Position numbers and translations under genes: made by a program | Notes under the pieces: model-generated | The model's database searches: none | The model's input: only the letters and a program-made list of their open reading frames with translations | Told to the model about the DNA's origin: nothing | NCBI GenBank assembly: GCA_036278915.1 | Contig: DASUKB010000004.1 | Coordinates: 9,441 to 73,440, forward strand | Source: Patescibacteria group bacterium | GTDB taxonomy: Bacteria; Patescibacteriota; Doudnabacteria; UBA920; O2-02-FULL-48-8 | Direction of reading: 5' to 3' | DNA: 64,000 bases | Shown: positions 19,888 through 28,675 of the stretch, piece by piece | How the letters are laid out: every line of letters starts with the position of its first letter | How positions within the stretch are numbered: the stretch's first letter is position 1

Positions 19888-20994
19888 TTACTGCCTCTTC
19901 TCCTCAAAACTAAACACGTAGTTGGCTAGGCCGACCAGGGCGATGGACCAGGCCAGCATCCAGAGCAAATCGGAACGGATAGCAGAAATCCCCGCGGCTT
20001 TGGTCATCACCTGCCGCATGGAGTCGGAAAGGAATGTCAGAGGCAAATAATTGGCAAAGTGCTGCAGCCACGTCGGGAAACTTGAGATCGGGAAAAACGT
20101 GCCGCCCAAGAAAAGCATTGGGAAAGCAATGAGGTTGGCAAATGCCGGCACGGATTCCTGCGTCTTGGAAACGCCGGAGATCGTAAATCCAAGTCCCAAA
20201 AACATTACAGATCCAAGTACGGTTATAAGCGCAACCAGCCAATAGGAACCGATGACGTGCGCTTTCAAAAACGTGATCCCAACAATTACAAATACCGCGG
20301 TCTGCAAGAACGAAACAATAAGCCGGGTAATGACATTGGCTGTGACAAATGACAAAGGCTTCATAGGCGTAGCCAAAAGCCTTCGGAGCACGCCCTTTTC
20401 TTTGTAATTTGTAAACACAAATGCCACCGAAAATATGCACATTTGCATTAGAGACAAGGCAATCAGGCCAGGCAGCAGGAAGTCAACGTATTTGAGATGG
20501 TTGGAATTTACCTCTTGCGTGTCCAGTTTAAACAAATTTGCGCCGTGCGTGATATTGAGCGCTGTATTATTTAAAATTTCACTCATAATTGTCTGAGCTT
20601 CCGAGGCCTGCTGCGCTTCACCAGAATTTGTGAGTACTGTTACAGTTTTGGTCTGGTTTAGGGCATCTATAGGATTATCCGGCAAAAGATCGTGCGGGAT
20701 CACGAACACGGCCGAAACTTTGTCGTCTGCAATCTGGGCGCGCATCTGCTCTTCTGTCCCCTCCTGGATTTTCATAAGAGACGATTGCTTCAGCTGATCT
20801 ATGAATTGTTGCGTGGCCGTAGTCGGCGGCGCATCCAGCGACAGGCCAACGTCTATGGGACTGACTTTGTCAAAACCGATGAGGCCAAAGACAATCATTA
20901 TAAGTAGCGGCGAAAAGAATGTGAAAAACAGCGCCTGCTTGTTGCGAAAAAACATTTTGATGGATGAGACTGTAAGTGTGAGAAGTGATTTCAT
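19888..20994 (-). CDS. ABC-2 type transporter permease
   Basis: YVDFLLPG, KEKGVLRRLLATP, FLGGTFFP. Confidence 0.92.
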   Translation of the reverse strand: MKSLLTLTVSSIKMFFRNKQALFFTFFSPLLIMIVFGLIGFDKVSPIDVGLSLDAPPTTATQQFIDQLKQSSLMKIQEGTEEQMRAQIADDKVSAVFVIPHDLLPDNPIDALNQTKTVTVLTNSGEAQQASEAQTIMSEILNNTALNITHGANLFKLDTQEVNSNHLKYVDFLLPGLIALSLMQMCIFSVAFVFTNYKEKGVLRRLLATPMKPLSFVTANVITRLIVSFLQTAVFVIVGITFLKAHVIGSYWLVALITVLGSVMFLGLGFTISGVSKTQESVPAFANLIAFPMLFLGGTFFPISSFPTWLQHFANYLPLTFLSDSMRQVMTKAAGISAIRSDLLWMLAWSIALVGLANYVFSFEEKRQ

Positions 20995-21049
20995 GATGAA
21001 TTTCTAATTACTAATTTTTAATTGACCTAAAATTTAGAAATTGTGTAAA

Positions 21050-21967
21050 TTAATCGCGTAGAGCATGCCCTGTTAATTTAAGGAAGACGTCTTCCAGCGT
21101 CGGCTGGCGCAGCTGCAGATCCAGAACATGAAAATTCAGTTCAGCTGCTTTGGCAAACAAAGCCGTGAGCGAAAACTGGGGATTCAGAGTGACGAGCGTG
21201 TACTCGTACGCATCCTGGCTTACCGATTCCACTTCAGGCAAACTCTCTAACATACCCAAATCTACCGCATCATGAGTTTTAAATACAATTGTGGAATTCA
21301 GTCCCGGCAATTTAAGCAGGTTTTGCGTGGGTTCCAAAGCCACGATGTGCGCATGGTCCATAACGGCGATCCTATCGCAAAGCACTTCCGCCTCGTCCAT
21401 GTAGTGCGTAGTCAGCACGATAGTTTTGCCCTGGTTGTTGATTTGGGTAATCAGTTCCCAAAGATTCCGGCGCGCCTGCGGGTCCAGGCCTGTAGTTGGT
21501 TCGTCCAAAAACAAAACCTTCGGATCATTGACTAGCGCTACGGCTATGGACAACCGCTGTTTCTGTCCGCCGGACAAGGCTTTCACTTCATTTTTCCATT
21601 TATCTTCCAGCTGAACCATTTTGAGCAGCTGCATAGCGTCCACTGAACGTTCATATAGCGAGGCAAAGGTCTCAATAAGCTCCTTGAGATTGAGTCCCTC
21701 AAAAAAACTTGACGCCTGAAGCTGCACGCCAATGATATTTTTAACCTTCTGCGCCTGAGTGGCGACATTTAATCCATCCAACTGTGCTGAACCGGACGTA
21801 ATGCCTTTGAGCCCTTCAATCATTTCAAGCGTAGTAGTCTTCCCTGCCCCGTTCGGTCCGAGAATTCCAAAAATCTCTCCCTCCACCACGTGGAAGTTGA
21901 TTTGGTCAACTGCTGTAAAATCGCCGTACTTTTTGGTTAAATCGCGAACTTCTATTATCTTTGCCAT
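21050..21967 (-). CDS. ABC transporter ATP-binding protein
   Basis: GPNGAGKTT, LSGGQ, LDEPTTGLD, TTHY. Confidence 0.95.
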   Translation of the reverse strand: MAKIIEVRDLTKKYGDFTAVDQINFHVVEGEIFGILGPNGAGKTTTLEMIEGLKGITSGSAQLDGLNVATQAQKVKNIIGVQLQASSFFEGLNLKELIETFASLYERSVDAMQLLKMVQLEDKWKNEVKALSGGQKQRLSIAVALVNDPKVLFLDEPTTGLDPQARRNLWELITQINNQGKTIVLTTHYMDEAEVLCDRIAVMDHAHIVALEPTQNLLKLPGLNSTIVFKTHDAVDLGMLESLPEVESVSQDAYEYTLVTLNPQFSLTALFAKAAELNFHVLDLQLRQPTLEDVFLKLTGHALRD

Positions 21968-22063
21968 AATTTACTCCAGTTACAAACTATAATCGCTTCA
22001 GGCATGTTTGTCAATTCCCAAAACAGAAGCAGAATTTCCTGCTTCTGTTAAATTTATAAGTTG

Positions 22064-23785
22064 CTATTTGGCTATTACCTCGCCGCTTACGTAAGAATCC
22101 ACCTCTGCTTCAGGCAAAACCACGGGCGCGGGAGTGCGCAGGCGTTTGTACGAGGCTGGAGTCAGCAAATCTTTTTGCCCGTCTACCATCTCGTAAATTC
22201 CGTCAGAGGCATCGCCCTTTATAAACGTTCCGTCCTTGGGCGGCAAAGGCGATACTGTTGGAATCGTAGCAAATTCATCCAGTCCCAATATCACGAGCGG
22301 GAAATTGCCAACGGATCGCTGCTTAAATACAAACGCGGACACAAATCGCTTCTGGCCATCTTTATACCAGTAGATGCCGGTGTCGCCTTGAAGCTGGATC
22401 TGAGTTGAGTCTGGTGGCGGCAGAAATGCTCCTGTGGCAATGCCGGAAACTTCACCGTCGGAAAGTTTGAGCAGATTCTTAAAGCTCAAATTGCGCGCTA
22501 CAAAGACATTGTAAGTGATAGGGCGCTTCTGGCCGTTTTCTATAAGGTACACGGTCTGGTCGGTCGCGCCTGTAATAAGCGTGCCGTCCAAAGGCGCCAA
22601 AAACGCACCGGTTGGATAACTTGCGGCTTCAGACTGCGGCAAAGTTACAACTTTGGCAAATGAAAATTTGCGCTGGGCAAAGATCGGCCCCGAGATCGGC
22701 TGTTTGGCTCCCGACTGCATTAAGTAAACCGTGGCGTCGGAATCGCCTTTTATAAGCGTGCCGTCCAAGGGCACAAGCGGTGCGCCAGTTGTATACGAAT
22801 CAAATTCCGTTTCTGAAACGTCTACTACCTGATTGAGGTTGATCTTGCGTTGGCTGGCTACAAACGCCGAGAAGAATTGTTTCGTGCCGTTGTTTATGAC
22901 ATACAAACCTGTGTCGCCGATGCGTCGTATCACCGTGCCATTGGGATATTTGAACCACAGCGTGTAATATTTCCAAAAGTTATAATTGCCATTGAAGACA
23001 TGCGGCGTGTAGCGATAGAGCGCGGCTGTGGCAAAGTCGGCAATAGTCACAGTCTGGCTCGGGGCGACTCCGCTGAATCCACCCAAGGTATTCGGAAGGC
23101 TTATGGTATCGCCCAAAACCGAAGTCCGTACGGCTGGACCGCCGGACGTATTGCCGTTTGCGTCCACTTCAGGGCCGCGGCCGGTGCGAATGCCGTTTTG
23201 CGTGTAGTTAAAGGATTTCATAAGCGAAGCCGCGGCGCCCAAATACCTGTCGCCGTTGGCATCAAAATTTCCAAAGAGTTGGAAATAAAATCCCAGAAAA
23301 ATACTGCCGCAAGGAGAAGAATCCGGACAGCCGAACCCAAGCGCGCGGTCCAGAGCTTGTTGCAGCGATGCTGATGATGAAAATGTTCCAAGAATCAAGC
23401 TTTGCTCTTTTTGCAGAGTCACTAAAATTACTTGCGGATTTAGCCCAGTCTTAACAGTTGCATCATAGATAAGCTCCGCTGCAGTGCGAGACTGCGGCAA
23501 ATTCGGTTCCGGGTCTTCCAGACCAGTTTTGGTCTGAGTTCCCGGTTCTTTGAACTTGGCCACGAAATCCGGCGAAGTGTTGGCTAAAACCGAACCATGA
23601 TCTGAAAGCCAAGTTTGGATGGCCGAAGCAGACCCAAATGTTCCTGTGTCGCCAAAAGCCGCGTCCGTAATGAGCAAGTTTGGATTGAATGCCGGATCCA
23701 CTGCTTCCTGGGCATGCGCAATCGGCACCGCCATGGTGCTTAGGAAAAATGAAACCAAAATTGCTATGGAAAATTTATTTTTCAT
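22064..23785 (-). CDS. Secreted protein: putative lysozyme-like N-domain plus about 5 GTLIK repeats
   Basis: Signal peptide; NPQVILVTLQKEQS, GFGCPD, ALYRYTPH; ~58-aa GTLIKG..TVY repeats. Confidence 0.7.
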   Translation of the reverse strand: MKNKFSIAILVSFFLSTMAVPIAHAQEAVDPAFNPNLLITDAAFGDTGTFGSASAIQTWLSDHGSVLANTSPDFVAKFKEPGTQTKTGLEDPEPNLPQSRTAAELIYDATVKTGLNPQVILVTLQKEQSLILGTFSSSASLQQALDRALGFGCPDSSPCGSIFLGFYFQLFGNFDANGDRYLGAAASLMKSFNYTQNGIRTGRGPEVDANGNTSGGPAVRTSVLGDTISLPNTLGGFSGVAPSQTVTIADFATAALYRYTPHVFNGNYNFWKYYTLWFKYPNGTVIRRIGDTGLYVINNGTKQFFSAFVASQRKINLNQVVDVSETEFDSYTTGAPLVPLDGTLIKGDSDATVYLMQSGAKQPISGPIFAQRKFSFAKVVTLPQSEAASYPTGAFLAPLDGTLITGATDQTVYLIENGQKRPITYNVFVARNLSFKNLLKLSDGEVSGIATGAFLPPPDSTQIQLQGDTGIYWYKDGQKRFVSAFVFKQRSVGNFPLVILGLDEFATIPTVSPLPPKDGTFIKGDASDGIYEMVDGQKDLLTPASYKRLRTPAPVVLPEAEVDSYVSGEVIAK

Positions 23786-23789
23786 AAAT

Positions 23790-25808
23790 TTATAAAATTG
23801 GGGTTCCTGGCATAATTACATCCATCTCCGCTTGCGGCAAAGAAACAATAGAACTGAAGCTATATTTGCGTTCAGCAAACGCCGCTGCAGAAAGCGCCCG
23901 CTTAGTGCTGTTTTCTATCACATATACCGTAGGGTCGCTGACAGATTTAACCAAGGTTCCATCGAGCGGCGACAGCCAGAAACTATCTTGCGGTCTGGGC
24001 ACGTGTGAAAATTCATCAGTTGTAACAGAAATAACTTTTGCGAACGACAACTTGCGCTGGGTAAAGACATAATAAGTCACGGGTCTGGCGACCTGATTGC
24101 TCATGACATACACCGTGGGATTGCCTTTGATAAGCACAAGTGTCCCGTCAGGCGGCCAGTACCAGTCCGCCAATGGGATCGAGGCCAAATCCGACTCTGA
24201 CATAATTTTAACGTTGGCAAAACTGAAATTGCGCGACACAAAAACTAAATACGTAAGCGGCCTGCGTACGCCGTTATCGATGTAGTAGACGGTTGGATCT
24301 GTTTCGCTTTTAATAAGCGTGCCGGTATTGGGCGCCACCGGATCGCCCAGAGTATAATTATCCAATTGGCCCGATTGTTCTATAAGAATTTGCGCGCCAG
24401 GATATTTTTGGTTGAGCACAAATTGCGATACATAATGTTTAATTCCGCCGGAGACGAGATAAATATTATTGGTAGCGGTTTCGCGGACCAAGGTATTATT
24501 TAAAATTGGCTGCGGCTGCAAGGCGGACAGCGCATCAATTCGCCCCTTGCCTAGAAAGCCATTACAGCTAGATCCCAGACAGTTGTCCTGATTCAGGGCA
24601 TCAATATTATCTGCGGTGTTGAGGATCAGATCGCGAATTTGCGCGTTGGTCATGGACGGGTTTTCGGATTTTATAAGCGCGGCCACACCGGCCACCACGG
24701 GCGTTGCCAGAGATGTTCCGGAGGCGTATATAAGCACGTTATCGGATGGATCAGACGGAAAAAACGCGGTCGTCAAAATTTCTTGGCCTGGAGCTGTGAT
24801 ATCCACGCAGTTGATGCCGAAATTGGAGAAATCCGATTTGCGATCGGAAATGTCGGACGCGGCCACGCCCAAAACCATATTCTGGCCATTATCTTCGCAC
24901 ACCGGGTACACCGGATTCTGGTCGAGGTTCAGACCCTGATCGGCCTTGTCATTCCCTGCGGCCGCTATTACGAGACTGCCCTTGCTGTATGCGTAAGACA
25001 CTGCGTTGGCCAGATCAGAACTGTTGGGGAATCCTGAGCCGCCCAAAGATAAATTTATAACATCAGCACCGTGATCAGCGGCCCACATAATCCCCTCGGC
25101 AATTACAGAAATGTCCCCTTTGCCTTCGGAGTTAAGCACTTTAACCGGCATCATTGACACAACCCAATTAATACCCGAGATTCCTTTTTGGTTATTTGGG
25201 ATAGCCCCAATAACTCCGGCCACAGCCGTGCCATGGCCATTGTCGTCCGAGTCACTGTTGGCTGGTATGATTTCTCCGGTAGTCATGTCAAACCCCGCCA
25301 CAACTCGGCCGTCATTGAGATCGAGGTGGCTTGAGTGGATGCCTGTGTCAACTATAGCCACAACGACACTTGCCGAACCGTGCGTGTAGTTCCACGCTTC
25401 GGGCGCGCGAATTTTTGGCAGGTACCACTGCTTGTCCTGCTGGCTTGGATCAGTCGTGAAAAAAGGATCATTGGTCGTGACCACTTGCGACACACTCAAT
25501 TGCGCAACTGAAACTGCGCTATCGTTCTCTGCGAAGTTAATACGAAAATCAGAACCAAGTAAGACTTGTTCATCGCTTGTGGTATCCGCGGTATACACGT
25601 TCGCCAACTGGTTTCCCGTATAAAGCTTTTGGAAATTTTGTAAATTATATTGATGCGCGAGAGCAGAAAGATCAACGCCAGGTTTTATTCCCAAAATTAT
25701 TTGGACTCTGCTTTCTCCCGAAGCCTTACTTATTGCGGGGCTAAACAAAAAAGCGGCTAGACAGACGCAAGCCAAAATTTTTATAAAATTATTTTTTAGT
25801 TTAAGCAT
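23790..25808 (-). CDS. S8 subtilisin-like protease with C-terminal GTLIK repeats
   Basis: Catalytic triad in IVDTG, HGTAVAG, SGTSLATP; AAAGN. Confidence 0.92.
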   Translation of the reverse strand: MLKLKNNFIKILACVCLAAFLFSPAISKASGESRVQIILGIKPGVDLSALAHQYNLQNFQKLYTGNQLANVYTADTTSDEQVLLGSDFRINFAENDSAVSVAQLSVSQVVTTNDPFFTTDPSQQDKQWYLPKIRAPEAWNYTHGSASVVVAIVDTGIHSSHLDLNDGRVVAGFDMTTGEIIPANSDSDDNGHGTAVAGVIGAIPNNQKGISGINWVVSMMPVKVLNSEGKGDISVIAEGIMWAADHGADVINLSLGGSGFPNSSDLANAVSYAYSKGSLVIAAAGNDKADQGLNLDQNPVYPVCEDNGQNMVLGVAASDISDRKSDFSNFGINCVDITAPGQEILTTAFFPSDPSDNVLIYASGTSLATPVVAGVAALIKSENPSMTNAQIRDLILNTADNIDALNQDNCLGSSCNGFLGKGRIDALSALQPQPILNNTLVRETATNNIYLVSGGIKHYVSQFVLNQKYPGAQILIEQSGQLDNYTLGDPVAPNTGTLIKSETDPTVYYIDNGVRRPLTYLVFVSRNFSFANVKIMSESDLASIPLADWYWPPDGTLVLIKGNPTVYVMSNQVARPVTYYVFTQRKLSFAKVISVTTDEFSHVPRPQDSFWLSPLDGTLVKSVSDPTVYVIENSTKRALSAAAFAERKYSFSSIVSLPQAEMDVIMPGTPIL

Positions 25809-26542
25809 TATGGAGAGTACTTACCCCTGAGCAGCCGCCATTTAATCACAAACAAAGATAAAAGAGATTGTATGTAAGCCTTAAGCGGCACGTGCGAGCC
25901 GCCGTGTTCTTCCCAAGACACCGGGACTTCTTTAATTCTATATCCGAACTTGAGCGCGATGGCAAGCAATTCCATATCAAACGCCCATCCGTAGATGCTG
26001 ATGTTCTTAAAAATTTCCTTGCCTGCGGAGGAGCGGAATGCTTTAAACCCGCATTGCGTGTCTTTGATGTGCGGAATCAAGACAATTTGGATCAAGAGGT
26101 TTGCCATGCGCGAGAGAATGACTTTGTATAACGGCTGGCGGATTTTTACGCTGGACGGATCCTGATAACGCGAACCGATCACAACTTCCGTGCCATTTTC
26201 CAAATAAGGCCAAAATTTCTGGATTTCGGAAATCGGCGTGGCGTTATCCGCATCCATAAATACCACGTATTCACCGATTGATTCCAAAATGCCTTTTTTG
26301 ACGGCATTGCCTTTGTTGTTGCCCGGCACGATTGGCGGCTGCTCAAGCACTCGCAGATTTGGCATGGAAGAAGCCAATGCTTTAACCGTATCCACGGTTT
26401 TGTCGCGCGAACCGTTGTCCACAACTATTATTTCATAATCATAATCCTGCGTTTTAAGGTAATTATTGGCATCTGAAAGCGTCGCTGTTATGCGATCTTC
26501 TTCGTTGTAGGCCGGGATAACTACTGAAAGTTTTTTGCTCAT
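25808..26542 (-). CDS. Polyprenyl-phosphate glycosyltransferase (GT2, DPG synthase-like)
   Basis: SVVIPAYNEE, FMDAD, DTQCGFK, WAFDME; start set at ATG 26542. Confidence 0.9.
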   Translation of the reverse strand: MSKKLSVVIPAYNEEDRITATLSDANNYLKTQDYDYEIIVVDNGSRDKTVDTVKALASSMPNLRVLEQPPIVPGNNKGNAVKKGILESIGEYVVFMDADNATPISEIQKFWPYLENGTEVVIGSRYQDPSSVKIRQPLYKVILSRMANLLIQIVLIPHIKDTQCGFKAFRSSAGKEIFKNISIYGWAFDMELLAIALKFGYRIKEVPVSWEEHGGSHVPLKAYIQSLLSLFVIKWRLLRGKYSP

Positions 26543-26655
26543 GTTTGTTTCAAATAAAGATTTTTGAACAGCCAAATTATAACACAAATTGCCGAATTTT
26601 AGAAATGCTGTTATGCACATCTAAAAATTCTTTCCAGCAAATTTACTAAACTCAA

Positions 26656-27816
26656 TTATTCCTTGGCAAGTTCTTCAACCTTATCGTTGATTGGGGGCTT
26701 GGCAAAAATTTTCTTGTGCCAATTCCATGCGGTGCGGACGATCGTGTCCAAATCGGAATTAGACAAAGCTAATCCCAATTCGGATTGGACTTTTTTGGAA
26801 TCCGCCACCAGGACCGGTGGATCGCCCGCGCGCCGTTCGTGCTGTTCTATGGGCACCATGCGGTTGGTGACCTCCACAACTTTGTCTACGATCTCAGCAA
26901 CGGAATACCCTTTGCCTGTACCGATGTTGTAAGTAAACGTGCCCATCTCCTCCTCAAGCTTTCGGATTGCCAGTACGTGCGCCGCGGCAATATCGGAGAC
27001 ATGCACGTAGTCGCGGATCGCCGTGCCGTCGGCCGTGGGATAATCGTGGCCATAAACGCGCAGAGCATCCAATTCTTTGTTTGCCACCTGAAAAATTTTC
27101 GGGATGAGATGCGTCTCTATGAAGTGTCTCTCACCCGCCCGGCCGTCCTTGTCGGCACCAGCGGCATTGAAGTAGCGGAAGACTACCGCGTTCAAATCAT
27201 GCGCGTGCGAGTACCAATTTATGATTTTCTCAAAAATCAATTTTGTCTCGCCGTATGGATTCAAGGGTTCGGTCGCGTGGACTTCATCTATGGGCACGTA
27301 ACGCGGACTGCCGTAGACTGCGGCCGATGATGAGTAAACCAAGTTCTTCACGCCGTGTTTGAGCATAGCATTGAGCAAATTTATACCTGCCACGATATTA
27401 TTATGGAAATATTTTTCCGGCAACAGCACGGATTCTTCCACAATTATGGATCCGGCCAAGTGGACCACTGCTTGAATTCGATATTGCTCGAAAATCTTAT
27501 CCAAAAGATCCGCATTATCCAGGTCGCCCACTACAAACGGACATCCCAGAGACGGCACCGCGCAATTGGAAAGGTTGTCCAGGATAATCGGATTGAATTT
27601 GGCGGCCAAAAGTTCCAACACCACATGCGAACCGATGTATCCCGCGCCGCCGGTAACTAAGATGTTTGGCCGGGATTCGTCATAATTGGCAAAATGCGGG
27701 TATCTAACCGGATCCAAAACCACAAATTTCGGCTTGTCATTTTCAAAAACCAAATACCGGCCATCGTTTTTGGCCAGTAAATCTTCAATTTCTTTGGAAT
27801 TAAAAACTTGAGTCAT
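26656..27816 (-). CDS. galE: UDP-glucose 4-epimerase with about 50-aa N-terminal extension
   Basis: VTGGAGYIGSH, SSSAAVYG, YGETK, RYFNAAGA, RDYVHV. Confidence 0.93.
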   Translation of the reverse strand: MTQVFNSKEIEDLLAKNDGRYLVFENDKPKFVVLDPVRYPHFANYDESRPNILVTGGAGYIGSHVVLELLAAKFNPIILDNLSNCAVPSLGCPFVVGDLDNADLLDKIFEQYRIQAVVHLAGSIIVEESVLLPEKYFHNNIVAGINLLNAMLKHGVKNLVYSSSAAVYGSPRYVPIDEVHATEPLNPYGETKLIFEKIINWYSHAHDLNAVVFRYFNAAGADKDGRAGERHFIETHLIPKIFQVANKELDALRVYGHDYPTADGTAIRDYVHVSDIAAAHVLAIRKLEEEMGTFTYNIGTGKGYSVAEIVDKVVEVTNRMVPIEQHERRAGDPPVLVADSKKVQSELGLALSNSDLDTIVRTAWNWHKKIFAKPPINDKVEELAKE

Positions 27817-27964
27817 ATTGATAAAATAAAAAACCGGCGCAAGCGGTTTGGTTTTTGTTTTTGGATTAATTAAATTCTAAGCAACAAAAAAAATTTGCGC
27901 AAGGCAAATCAAGGGACAAACGGTGGATAAACCCTTACAACAAGAATTGTACGCGGGCAAATAT

Positions 27965-27992
27965 AAAAGATCAGGCAAAAGCCTGATCTTTT
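27965..27992. terminator. Bidirectional terminator hairpin
   Basis: AAAAGATCAGGC-AAAA-GCCTGATCTTTT. Confidence 0.8.
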
Positions 27993-28014
27993 ATAGCTAG
28001 ATTTTTTCTAACTT

Positions 28015-28662
28015 CTAATTATTCGGCTTGCCGAGCTTATAGGCCACACGGAACAAAAACACGCCGAGAGTGATGAATGCCGCCAAACTTACGCTGATCC
28101 AGCCCGGGATGCCCGTTTTCGGGGCCGTAAAGGAAGTGCCGGAGCCCAGAGTGCCTGGGCGGTTTGCCGGTTGCGTGGACGGATTGACGTCGCCAAGATT
28201 GGTAATGACTTGGTTGTTGTACGAAACTTTAGCCACGCGCTGGGCAGAGTCGGTTGGCAATGGATCCTTGACGCGCACCGTGAACTGCTTTTGAATTGAA
28301 CCGTTTGCTGGAATATCCAAAGGCGTCCAGATGAGCGAATTGTTGCCAGAATTGTAATTGGCACCCTGCGCGTCTATAAGCGTGGCGACATTGGTGACAT
28401 CGCCAATGCCGACCTCAATTACAAATCCGCTGATAACTTTATCCGTTGGATTTTGCGCCGTAAGCGTATAGATAAGCGAATCGTTTGGGTGCGCCGTGAT
28501 TGTGGTGCCATCCGCGTTTTGAGTCTGATCCTGCACGCTTACCGAGAGGTTTGGATTAGTATTTGAACTGTTGGATTTGTGGTTATGGTCATATATGAGC
28601 CATGCTCCGACAGCCACTATCACTATTAGAACTATAATGCCTATGATTCTATTTCTGGTCAC
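28015..28662 (-). CDS. Single DUF11-like domain protein with APKTG sorting signal
   Basis: N-terminal TM; domain paralogous to the last domain of the upstream gene; APKTG, TM, basic tail. Confidence 0.75.
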   Translation of the reverse strand: MTRNRIIGIIVLIVIVAVGAWLIYDHNHKSNSSNTNPNLSVSVQDQTQNADGTTITAHPNDSLIYTLTAQNPTDKVISGFVIEVGIGDVTNVATLIDAQGANYNSGNNSLIWTPLDIPANGSIQKQFTVRVKDPLPTDSAQRVAKVSYNNQVITNLGDVNPSTQPANRPGTLGSGTSFTAPKTGIPGWISVSLAAFITLGVFLFRVAYKLGKPNN

Positions 28663-28675
28663 GGTATTCCTTTCT

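Noticed and set aside
26611-27930. oriC suggested by DnaA-box-like 9-mers (also near 53244 and 60608)
   Set aside because: Isolated mismatched boxes with no cluster and no dnaA or dnaN nearby
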